Under the pieces are notes generated by a model, which was not told where the DNA came from, searched no databases, and was given only the letters and a program-made list of their open reading frames with translations. From NCBI GenBank assembly GCA_012520575.1, contig JAAYOB010000018.1:1505-65504 (forward strand): 64,000 nt of DNA. Reading direction: 5' to 3'. The DNA comes from Candidatus Stramentimicrobium fermentans (lineage in GTDB: Bacteria > Atribacterota > Phoenicimicrobiia > Phoenicimicrobiales > Stramentimicrobiaceae). Both the position numbers and the translations under genes were made by a program. Shown one piece after another: positions 21,640 through 30,996 of the stretch (the stretch's first letter is position 1; the number at the start of each line of letters is the position of its first letter).

Positions 21640-22294
21640 TTAGATACTAAATAATGTATACACCAAAATCGTGCTACCCCTGTGAATAGTATTAAGATGC
21701 ACAGACATCGTGAACTATAAATAATCGATCTTTGCCAATAACATAGAGCTTTTTGGTAAAGGGTAAGCATATCCCCCATAACTATCTTATGACCATGATA
21801 GATATGCAGCCTTTCTTCCTATGTATCAATGGTTGCCCAAACATGCTTATGTTCTAACTCCTTCAGATATGGCGAATCCCTCCCCAAAAGACATTCAATA
21901 GGCAGCTGCTGCGAATAAAATGGATAAGATAAATGATCCAGGCATAATTACCATCTTTTCTGGCAACTGAAAATCCGTTGGTAGATACTCAGATTTTCTG
22001 GTATATTTATCCGTTGTGTTAGGGCGTCCTAATGCGTGCTGCAATGATGATATTGATTATTAAATTGCTCAATGAAATTGATTTCTCCTTATCGACTTTG
22101 GGACTCTGGTGTGGTCTTCTGGAACGCTCTTTGGCCCATTGAGTCCCATCTAAGCTATACTTTTGGCCATTTAAAAAACCAAGTCTTTCCTTTACCAAGG
22201 CTCTTATAAGCCTCTTTAGGTGGTTTACCAGCAAGGTGTCATAGTCTTTTCTATTAACTTTGCTATATCCATATACCAATCCCCTTATTATCAA
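21640..22294 (-). pseudogene. Degraded transposase-like gene remnant inserted between dctP and dctQ (only a 91-aa N-terminal ORF survives)
   Basis: The 22019-22294 ORF is followed by out-of-frame fragments (...LPFTKKLYVIGKDRLFIVHD...). Homologous to the fragments at 19565-20000. Confidence 0.4.
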
Positions 22295-22384
22295 GGTCAG
22301 TATATAAAATGTCTGTAGCTATAGTTTGCGGTATATATAAATTTGTCAATTAAATATTAAAATAACCAGAAAGGAGTTCAGTCA

Positions 22385-22897
22385 ATGCTGGAGATTGTTA
22401 AATTATGCGAAAGATCAAGTAAGATCATAAAAAATGTTTCTGAAACAATATCTTCAATTATTTTAGGACTTGTCGTAATTATATTATTTGTTCAAGTCTT
22501 ATTGAGATATTTATTTAAAGCTAGTATTGCTGGAAGCGATACTTTGGCTGTTTATTCAATTATATGGGTAGCTATGTTAGCATGTAATGCTCTTATACAA
22601 GAGAAAAATTTAATAAAGGTTGATTTTTTCGATCATTTATGGCCTCAAAGCTTGAAAAAAATAAGAAAAATTATGCTAGATATAATCTTTTTGATTTTGC
22701 TTTACATTTTAACAATTGAAGGGTTTAAACAAGCTATTGATGGTTTAAAAATTACTATACCAGGTCTTAATCCTGTTCCATGGTTTTGGGCATATTTAGC
22801 CATTCCTATAGGCGCGGCGCTTATGCTTTGTCAATATTTAAGTTCAATCATAATTGATATTGCTAGTACATCTAATAAGGGGGATTTAAACAAATGA
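22385..22897 (+). CDS. dctQ: TRAP transporter small permease (DctQ family)
   Basis: 170 aa four-TM protein immediately upstream of, and overlapping, the large DctM permease. Confidence 0.75.
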   Translation: MLEIVKLCERSSKIIKNVSETISSIILGLVVIILFVQVLLRYLFKASIAGSDTLAVYSIIWVAMLACNALIQEKNLIKVDFFDHLWPQSLKKIRKIMLDIIFLILLYILTIEGFKQAIDGLKITIPGLNPVPWFWAYLAIPIGAALMLCQYLSSIIIDIASTSNKGDLNK

Positions 22898-24192
22898 GCT
22901 TTGCTTTATTTACAGTTGTATTTGTACTTTTATTTTTACTCATATTAGGATCTCCTGTAGTATTTGCAATAGGTGCATCAGGTTTGAGCTACTTTATAGT
23001 TAAGCCAGAAATGATTAGTCTGATTTCAATTATTCCGCACAGATTTTTTACAGGAATGGATAGTTTCATTTTTTTATGTATTCCATTTTTTATGCTAGCT
23101 GGCGAATTGATGTCTCAAGTGGGAATGATGGATCAGCTAGTGAGATTTGCTCAATTAGTTGTTGGTAGATTAGAAGGTGGATTAGCATATACAAATGTTT
23201 TAGCTAGTATGTTATTTGGAGGGATATCCGGGTCAGCTTTAGCGGATGTTGCGGCACTTGGACCAGTTGAAATAGGATTGATGACCAAAGATGGCTATTC
23301 ACCAGAATTTAGCGCTGCACTTACTGCGACATCATCTATACAAGGGCCAATAATTCCTCCGAGTATACCTATGGTAATATTTTCTAGTTTAACTTATGCA
23401 TCTATAGGGGGATTATTTTTAGGCGGTTTGATTCCAGGCATTTTAATTGGAATTGGACAAATGATAGTTGTCTACATTATGTCGAAAAAAGGAAATTTTC
23501 CTAAGCGAACTGAAAAAATTGGTTTTAAGGAAAGTATCAACATATGCAAAACTGCGATTCCGGCACTGCTTATGCCGTTAATTATTATAGGAGGAATAAT
23601 AACTGGAGTCGTTACGGCCACCGAGGCCTCAGTTTTATCCGTTTTTTATACCGCTATAGTTGGAATATTTTATTACAAGAAACTTACAGCATCTATGGTT
23701 TTAGATGCACTAAAAAAAACTGTTAAATTAACAAGCTCAATTTATTTAATTATTGCATTTACTTCAATAATTGGTTGGATATTTGCTATAGAAAGAGTGC
23801 CAACAATTATTCAAGGTATTGTTGAAGACAATAATTTATCTGTCTATCAATTGTTCTTTTTTGTTAATATTTTTTTCCTGTTCAATGGGATGTGGATTTC
23901 GGATGTTGTGCAATTAGTATTATTTGCACCAATTTTCACGCCTATTTTTGCTTCTTTAGGCATACATCCAATTCATTTTGGTGTTGTTATGGTGGTAAAT
24001 GTAATGTTAGGTATGATTACTCCCCCTTATGGTACAGCTCTATATCTAGCAGCTGAAATAGGGGGTGTTCAATTGAAGGACTTAGTTAGAGAAACTATCC
24101 CATTTACCATAGTAAGTATTTTAGTGTTATTTTTAATAACTTATTTTCCACCAATAATTTTGTTTGTTCCACGGTTGTTTGGTTTCTTATAA
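22894..24192 (+). CDS. dctM: TRAP transporter large permease (DctM family)
   Basis: 432 aa, 12 TM, typical DctM composition; 4-nt overlap with dctQ. Confidence 0.8.
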   Translation: MSFALFTVVFVLLFLLILGSPVVFAIGASGLSYFIVKPEMISLISIIPHRFFTGMDSFIFLCIPFFMLAGELMSQVGMMDQLVRFAQLVVGRLEGGLAYTNVLASMLFGGISGSALADVAALGPVEIGLMTKDGYSPEFSAALTATSSIQGPIIPPSIPMVIFSSLTYASIGGLFLGGLIPGILIGIGQMIVVYIMSKKGNFPKRTEKIGFKESINICKTAIPALLMPLIIIGGIITGVVTATEASVLSVFYTAIVGIFYYKKLTASMVLDALKKTVKLTSSIYLIIAFTSIIGWIFAIERVPTIIQGIVEDNNLSVYQLFFFVNIFFLFNGMWISDVVQLVLFAPIFTPIFASLGIHPIHFGVVMVVNVMLGMITPPYGTALYLAAEIGGVQLKDLVRETIPFTIVSILVLFLITYFPPIILFVPRLFGFL

Positions 24193-24379
24193 AATAAACG
24201 TTATATTTTATTTCAATAATAAAAGCAAGTTTCTATGTTGCTCGTTTTTATTTTTGTGTGAATATAGACTTGAGTTAAGAATTATACATAATATAAAAAT
24301 ATAATAGTTACTTTTTGAAATATCTATATTTTCAAGGATAATGTACTTAGTAAACAAGCTATAAGTTTTTATTCTTAAG

Positions 24380-24407
24380 ACATGATAACTTCCAGAAGTT
24401 ATCATGT
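24380..24407. promoter_or_regulatory. Perfect 12-bp inverted repeat ACATGATAACTT-ccag-AAGTTATCATGT (candidate operator)
   Basis: Exact dyad symmetry about 75 bp upstream of the dehydrogenase start codon at 24481. Confidence 0.45.
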
Positions 24408-24480
24408 ATACTAAACAGAAAACTGCCTTTCCAGAGTAGACAGCACACAATAAGTTTAAATTAATGAATGGGAGCAAGAT

Positions 24481-25434
24481 ATGAGAAAAAATGTTCTACT
24501 TATAAATCCTACAATAAGACCTATTGGGGTAGAGTTGTTAGAAAAAGAGTGCAATATTTTTATGGCGCCAGATGGCAAAGAGGATACACTTATTAGATAT
24601 ATAGTCGATAATAATATTGATGCAATTGTTACCCGGGTTGAAAAGATTACTAAGAATATTATTAAAAATTGTAATAAACTGAAAATAATAGCTCAACATG
24701 GAGTTGGAGTAGACAACATTGATGTAATTGCCGCAACAGAAAAGGGAATAATGGTATTAAATGTTCCTGACGCGAATTATGTTTCTGTAGCCGAACATGC
24801 CCTAATGTTGGTATTAGCATTAAGCAGAAGGTTATTAATGGCTGATAAAAATGTAAGAATGGGAAACTGGGAGTTTAGAGAAACCAATATTCCTATTGAG
24901 ATAGCTAAGAAAAATTTATTTATTATAGGATTAGGAAGGATAGGGAAGGAATTCGCACAAAAAGCGAAAGCCATGGATATGAATGTCAAAGGATATGATT
25001 TGTATGTGTCTAAAGCAGAGATGGCATCGATAGGAGTCGAAAAAATTGATGAACTTATGGATGGAATAAAAGACGCAGATTTTATAAGCATACACACCCC
25101 TTTAACACTAGAAACAAAAGGATTGATATCGAGTGAGCAGTTTAGTGCGATGAAAAACGATGCATATATAATAAATCTTGGCAGGGGCTCTATAATAGAT
25201 GAAAAAGCATTATACGATGCTTTAAAAAATAAAGAGATAGCTGGAGCAGGACTAGATGTTTTTGAATTAGAACCAGCAGATAAAAGTAATCCATTATTTG
25301 AATTTGATAATGTTATTGTTACACCACATTTTGGTGGAGATACAATAGAGGGAAAAGATAGATGTTCATTAAAATGTGCGCAAGCATTAATAGAGGCTTT
25401 AAATGGGAAAATCCCATATAATTGCGTTAATTAG
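24481..25434 (+). CDS. D-isomer-specific 2-hydroxyacid dehydrogenase (NAD-binding; glycerate/phosphoglycerate dehydrogenase-like)
   Basis: GLGRIGKEFAQKA Rossmann motif, conserved R/E/H catalytic triad context (TPHFGG), 317 aa. Confidence 0.75.
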   Translation: MRKNVLLINPTIRPIGVELLEKECNIFMAPDGKEDTLIRYIVDNNIDAIVTRVEKITKNIIKNCNKLKIIAQHGVGVDNIDVIAATEKGIMVLNVPDANYVSVAEHALMLVLALSRRLLMADKNVRMGNWEFRETNIPIEIAKKNLFIIGLGRIGKEFAQKAKAMDMNVKGYDLYVSKAEMASIGVEKIDELMDGIKDADFISIHTPLTLETKGLISSEQFSAMKNDAYIINLGRGSIIDEKALYDALKNKEIAGAGLDVFELEPADKSNPLFEFDNVIVTPHFGGDTIEGKDRCSLKCAQALIEALNGKIPYNCVN

Positions 25435-26970
25435 GTATTCAGCTAAATAAAACATTTAGAGCATATAATAGCGGGGTCTATAATTGAAAAATAATACCCA
25501 ATCATAAATTTATCTAAAAAGTGAGGGTAGCAAAAAGATAACTTTGATATCATAATAAATAATTAATAGTGTGGAGCAGTTCCCAAATTATAAGTTCTTA
25601 AAAGTTACACTGGTTCTACAGGGGGGATTATTATACCCAATTTTCAGAAACATTTTTACTGATATAATTCTTGGAATGTCGAAAGTTTAACATGTAGATA
25701 AGCTATTAAATCTTCAGAAAGGTTATACAATGTCTTTTTAAGCCCAAATGACTTTACCGTAATGCTTGATTTAAAGATTAAATGAGTATATTTGCAAAAC
25801 AGCCGGTATCTCAATTTTCCAAAAAGACAACTAACGGTTAATCAAATATTTTCCTCTGTTTGTGAATATTGCAATTTTGCTCTGATTTTTCGAATCTACT
25901 TCGGTGATTCTCCTACTGGGAGAGCCTTTTCCTCTAAATTCTAATAGTTTTACTCCATTTTTCTTTGGTTGATTTAGCTTATCTCCTCTGGGCCGAAGTC
26001 CTCCGGGAAATCATAAGCAATTATGTTTTTATAATAGCTGCCACTTTTATCATTTGTAGAAGATCATTCGTTTTTTAATACTTACAAAAGATGCGTTCCG
26101 GGATTATAGAATGTCCGGCTTTTCTCTAAGAAGATAGAGTTTTCTTTCGATAAGAGAATTGGGAAAGGAGGATAAAGGCTGGTCTGTGATACGGGCTGAT
26201 ATGCCCAGAATCTTCAGTTTACTGTATTAATCTGCTTTTTTACTTATCAGTTTTCTTTGTTGGGCAAATAATTTAGGAAACTTATCTTTTTCCAATAAGA
26301 CACTCATAAAACTCTCTCTTTTTTCTTATCCCTACAATGCAAAAGCGAAAAACTGAAGTATAAAAGATGATAAAAATATTTTTATTTCTAAATTTAAAAA
26401 GCTATTTCTAATATAAAATCTAATTTTAAAATTCTCTCTCAGAGAGATTGGTATTATTCAGAATTAGTGTTCTTCTTGCTACCTTAGGTAGCTACCCATA
26501 CTGCAAAAATACAACAAGGTGATTATCTGAGGTAAGGAGGGGAATTAACAGAAAGTGGTTAGTGTAAAGAGCAAAAAGAATTATAATTTTAAATAAAGAG
26601 TGTGGGAATAAATGGATGGGACTGCCACAAAAAAGCTTGTGTTTTTTGGCAAAGGCAGGTAAGACACCTTCTATAATGTTTCCCCCTTCTGTTTTTAATA
26701 GAAATATTGCAACTGCTTTATATTTACTTTTTCGTTATTTATTTCTTAGAGAGTAGTCCTTGTCTTGATATAGATACTAAACAAGAGAAATTATTAATAA
26801 TGGGAATACAAGGTGGCATTCTTTTTAATAGGTCATGTCTTGATTCATCAGTTTTTTGTGATGTTTTTAAAAATGGTCATCTGTTTATAGATAAACAATA
26901 CTTTGCAATTCTATAAGATAATAAGGGAATGAGTATGAATACTGCTTGTAATGAGAGGGAGTGACTCTAA

Positions 26971-27153
26971 ATGGAAAAAGCGGGATATTGCATTTTAATA
27001 CTCGCAACCATTGCCTGGATTATTGCCGGTATTTGCGGAATGTTTCAGAACGTCTGGATTGGCATAATCTGGGTTCACCATAATTGGATTGCAGGTACGT
27101 ACACCCGCAAAAAGGAATTTTTCAATCACGGGTGCACTCAACTAAACAATTAA
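26971..27153 (+). CDS. Small hydrophobic protein (60 aa, two predicted TM segments)
   Basis: GAGGGAG RBS 10 nt upstream of the ATG. Strongly hydrophobic, Trp/Ile-rich N-terminal two-thirds. Confidence 0.3.
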   Translation: MEKAGYCILILATIAWIIAGICGMFQNVWIGIIWVHHNWIAGTYTRKKEFFNHGCTQLNN

Positions 27154-27283
27154 ATTGTGGCAAAAAAGGAATATTTATGAGATAATATGTAGATAATAAG
27201 AGTACTTTGATTCTCATTTCTCAAGTATTATCATTGCTGCCATTTACAGCCAGCGTTCCTTGAATAAATAGAATGGAGATAAT

Positions 27284-28741
27284 ATGAAAGAGCCAGGGGG
27301 AAATTTTACCTCAAAAAGAAAATTATCAAAACAGCAGCAGACAGAGCTCATTGCAAACGAAGACAGGTTTCATAATCTCATTGAAATGCTGCCCGGCATG
27401 GTTGTTGAATCGGACCTTGACGGGAATATTGCTTATATTAATAAAAAGGGTTTAGAAATACTGGGCTATACAGCTGAGGAAATAAAAGAAAAGAATATCT
27501 GGGAATTACTTGCCAGACCATGTTTGGGGAAAGACAAGAATAGATTAAAAAAATTATTTTTAAAAGGAATAAAATACCCGCAGGAATATTATTTAATTCG
27601 GAAAGACCAATCCTTGCTCCCCATTGAAATTCACTGTTCTCCCATAAAAGATTCTAAAGGTAAATTGATCGGTTTTCAAGGTATCCTGCTCGATATAACT
27701 TCACGTAAGAAATACGAAGATAAGATTAAGCATCTCTGTTTTCATGATAAATTAACCGGTCTATATAACCGCGCTTATTTTGAAGAAGAGCTGGAGAGAT
27801 TAAATAATAGCCGGCTGCTGCCCATAAGCGTCATAATGGGTGATGTGAATAATCTAAAGGTGATTAATGATACTTTCGGTCATCAGCACGGTGACCAGCT
27901 GTTGATTAAAATAGCTGATATTTTGCGCTCCACCTTTAGGAAGAGTGACGTAATCAGCCGGTTCGGGGGAGATGAATTTAGCATCATCCTTCCCAATACT
28001 TCTTACGAAAAGGGTGTAGAGATAATTAACCGAGTGAAAAAAGCCTGTCAAAAGAACAGTACCCTAAATTTGTTCTTAACTATCTCACTGGGGATTGCCA
28101 CTAAAGAGTATGCCTCTCAAAATATTAATACCGTACTGAGAGATGCAGAAGCAGAAATGTATCGCTTTAAAACACTTAATAAGGCAACCATAGAGAGGGA
28201 TATATTCGCTTCTTTAGAGAGAGCTTTACGTCAAAAGGATGTAGAAACTGAGGAATATCGGCATGATCTTATTGAATGCGCTCTAAAATTTGGCAAATTC
28301 TTAAAATTAAAGAAGAAAGAATTGGAAGATCTGAAATTATTGGCTACCATCTGCGATATAGGAAAGATAGCAGTGAGTGAAGAGATTATTCTGAAAAAAG
28401 GCTGGCTGAGCGAGGGTGAATGGTGTGAAATAAGGAAGCATCCTGAAATCGGCTTCAGAATTGCCAAGTCGGCTCCCAAGATTGCCCATTTAGCCGATGC
28501 AATTTTGTACCACCATGAATTTTGGGATGGCAATGGTTATCCCCATGGTTTAAAAGGTGAGAAAATACCGTTTCTTTCCAGGATCATACATGTAATAACT
28601 GCCTATCAGGCAATGACTCATAAGCGTCCTTATCGTGAAGCTATGACTAGGGAGGATGCCATTCAAGAGTTGAGAAATGGTCTGGGCAGCCAATTTGATC
28701 CCGAATTGACTGTTATGTTTATTGATATGCTTGCTGACTGA
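27284..28741 (+). CDS. PAS-GGDEF-HD-GYP signalling protein (putative bifunctional c-di-GMP synthase/phosphodiesterase)
   Basis: PAS region, intact GGDEF motif (RFGGDEFSII), HD domain and HHEFWDGNGYP HD-GYP signature. Confidence 0.85.
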   Translation: MKEPGGNFTSKRKLSKQQQTELIANEDRFHNLIEMLPGMVVESDLDGNIAYINKKGLEILGYTAEEIKEKNIWELLARPCLGKDKNRLKKLFLKGIKYPQEYYLIRKDQSLLPIEIHCSPIKDSKGKLIGFQGILLDITSRKKYEDKIKHLCFHDKLTGLYNRAYFEEELERLNNSRLLPISVIMGDVNNLKVINDTFGHQHGDQLLIKIADILRSTFRKSDVISRFGGDEFSIILPNTSYEKGVEIINRVKKACQKNSTLNLFLTISLGIATKEYASQNINTVLRDAEAEMYRFKTLNKATIERDIFASLERALRQKDVETEEYRHDLIECALKFGKFLKLKKKELEDLKLLATICDIGKIAVSEEIILKKGWLSEGEWCEIRKHPEIGFRIAKSAPKIAHLADAILYHHEFWDGNGYPHGLKGEKIPFLSRIIHVITAYQAMTHKRPYREAMTREDAIQELRNGLGSQFDPELTVMFIDMLAD

Positions 28742-29035
28742 GTGAGTATAAAGGTAGAATAAAACAATACAAAAATTTAGCAAATGTTTTTCCTAATTCC
28801 CGCTTGGATACTTTTTCGCTGAAAGATAATTAAAAATAATTTGATTTATTCTTATTTCTCCCGCTAAAGCCGTTGCTTGTCACCCCTATGTATTTCTGCC
28901 TTGCACTTCTTCTGCAATAATGATAACCATAAATATAGTGTGCAATATTGGTAATAATATAATAGTATTGTAATGGAACAGAACATTCTGCTAAGTGATC
29001 TTAACACTGTTTGAGAAAAGATGAGTCATAGGGAG

Positions 29036-29737
29036 GGGTATAGGATGACTCTTTTAGAACTAAAACAAATCAAAAAGACTTACTTACAGGGCAAGATGGA
29101 AGTACCCGCTCTTAGAGGAGTGGACTTGATAGTAGATAAGGGCGAGTTTATTACTATCTTTGGTCCCTCCGGGTCGGGTAAAACCACTCTGCTCAACATG
29201 ATTGGTTGTTTAGATACCCCTACCGATGGCGAGATTTATCTTAACGGTAATAGAATCAGTGCCCTCTCTAAGAAAGAACTCGCCCTGATTAGAAGGAATA
29301 ATATCGGGTTTATTTTTCAAAGCCATAACCTTATACCGGTTTTGACGGCATATGAAAATGTGGAATTTGCCCTGCTGCTTATTGGAAGATTATCAGAGGG
29401 AGAGACGAGAGAAAGAGTATTTAAAATGCTGGCTAAGGTAGGTTTAAAGGGCAAAGAAAATCGTAAACCCGGAGAATTATCCGGTGGAGAGAATCAGAGA
29501 GTAGCCATAGCACGTGCTTTAATCAAAGAACCCAAGTTAATTTTAGCCGATGAGCCTACCGCTAATTTAGATTCAGAGAATGCCCTGGATGTTATTAAGA
29601 TTATGACCATGATGAATATGGAATTAGGCAACACTTTTATTTTTTCCACTCATGACCCGCAGATTAGGGAATATGCCCGGAGGTATATCAATCTGAGAGA
29701 CGGGCTTATTTTTTCCGATAAGAAGAAGGAGCAGTAA
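29036..29737 (+). CDS. ABC transporter ATP-binding protein (MacB/LolD-type)
   Basis: Walker A GPSGSGKTT, signature LSGGENQRVAIARAL, Walker B ILADEPT. GGGAGGGG RBS supports the ATG at 29036. Confidence 0.85.
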   Translation, partial: GYRMTLLELKQIKKTYLQGKMEVPALRGVDLIVDKGEFITIFGPSGSGKTTLLNMIGCLDTPTDGEIYLNGNRISALSKKELALIRRNNIGFIFQSHNLIPVLTAYENVEFALLLIGRLSEGETRERVFKMLAKVGLKGKENRKPGELSGGENQRVAIARALIKEPKLILADEPTANLDSENALDVIKIMTMMNMELGNTFIFSTHDPQIREYARRYINLRDGLIFSDKKKEQ

Positions 29738-29744
29738 ACCGGAG

Positions 29745-30986
29745 ATGTTTTTTAGTATTTATCTGGGCTTAAAGAATCTGTTAAGACAGAAAAGAAGGAA
29801 TATTATCACTATTCTGGTGATTGCCTTCTCCTTTTTAGGTTATCTTTTTGCAGAATCCCTGATGAACGGTATGGAAGAGATGTCCTTTGAGAGCATTCAA
29901 AATTTCGAAACAGGCAATATTCAGATTGCCGAGCCGGATTATTGGGAAGAGAGGGATGAATTACCCATAAAAGGGTTAGTAGCTTGGAATGAGGAGCTGG
30001 AGGGGATTATCGGTCAGACTGACGGTGTAATTGGTGTTTCTCCTGAATTAAAGTTCCCTGCCAATCTGAATAACGGCATAGATGAGATGTCCATTATAGG
30101 ATTGGGAATTAATCCGAAAAAATATAATGAGGTCTTTCAGACCGGAGAATACTTCATAGAAGGGTCATTGGGGACCCTGAATGATAATAAAGCCGTAATC
30201 GGTACAGTACTTGCCGAGCTGATGGATTTAAAGAAAGATGACCATATTATTTTACTGATAAGGACAAAAGAGGATACCTTTAATACTATTGACTTAGAGG
30301 TGGGCGGCATCATACGTACACCCAATCCGATGTTGAACAGCAGAATAGTTTTAATGCCATTGGATATAGCGCAACGCTCTTTGAATGTAGGCGATATGGT
30401 AAGCATGGTTTCACTGAAGACCTCTCCCGCTATGCCCGAAAAAAGTATCATTAAATCTTTAGAAGATAGTTTTCGAGTAAAAAAACTTTCCTCGCAGGTC
30501 TATTCCTGGCGAGAATCAGCGGCTGATGTTATTACACTGAGTACTGCTAAAAAAGGAGGTGCCGGTGCCATCCTCTCCGTAGTTCTCTTAATTGGTATAG
30601 TGGGTATCGTAAATAATATCATACTCTCCGGCATAGAAAGAACTGCCGAAATTGGTATGATGAAAGCCCTGGGAATGAGAGAATGGGAGATTGTCTTGGT
30701 CTTTATGGTAGAAGCTGCCGGTATCGGGGTATTGGGAGGATTGGCAAGCTGTCTCTTGGGTTACCTCTCGGTATTATGGTTGGTGAGTAGTGGATTTAAT
30801 GTGGCTAATTTTGGGGATTGGTCTCAATATGGAATTCCTATAGTTGACAGGATTTATGGTGTCTGGAATTGTCAGGCTTTTCTGTATATCTTTGTATCAA
30901 GTGTAGCCGTTGCGGTATTATCCAGTATATGGCCCTCTTATTGGGCAGCACGGAAAGACCCGGTTGAGGCGATATACCGGCATTGA
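29745..30986 (+). CDS. ABC transporter permease, FtsX/MacB family (4 TM with large periplasmic loop)
   Basis: N-terminal TM, long extracytoplasmic domain, then three C-terminal TM helices. Confidence 0.75.
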   Translation: MFFSIYLGLKNLLRQKRRNIITILVIAFSFLGYLFAESLMNGMEEMSFESIQNFETGNIQIAEPDYWEERDELPIKGLVAWNEELEGIIGQTDGVIGVSPELKFPANLNNGIDEMSIIGLGINPKKYNEVFQTGEYFIEGSLGTLNDNKAVIGTVLAELMDLKKDDHIILLIRTKEDTFNTIDLEVGGIIRTPNPMLNSRIVLMPLDIAQRSLNVGDMVSMVSLKTSPAMPEKSIIKSLEDSFRVKKLSSQVYSWRESAADVITLSTAKKGGAGAILSVVLLIGIVGIVNNIILSGIERTAEIGMMKALGMREWEIVLVFMVEAAGIGVLGGLASCLLGYLSVLWLVSSGFNVANFGDWSQYGIPIVDRIYGVWNCQAFLYIFVSSVAVAVLSSIWPSYWAARKDPVEAIYRH

Positions 30987-30996
30987 GGGTTTTAAA

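Noticed and set aside
26707-26916. 69-aa ORF starting with TTG in the ORF-poor island tail
   Set aside because: No RBS, TTG start, and a composition dominated by AT-rich codons. Likely chance ORF. The neighbouring 60-aa ORF with an RBS was kept as low-confidence.
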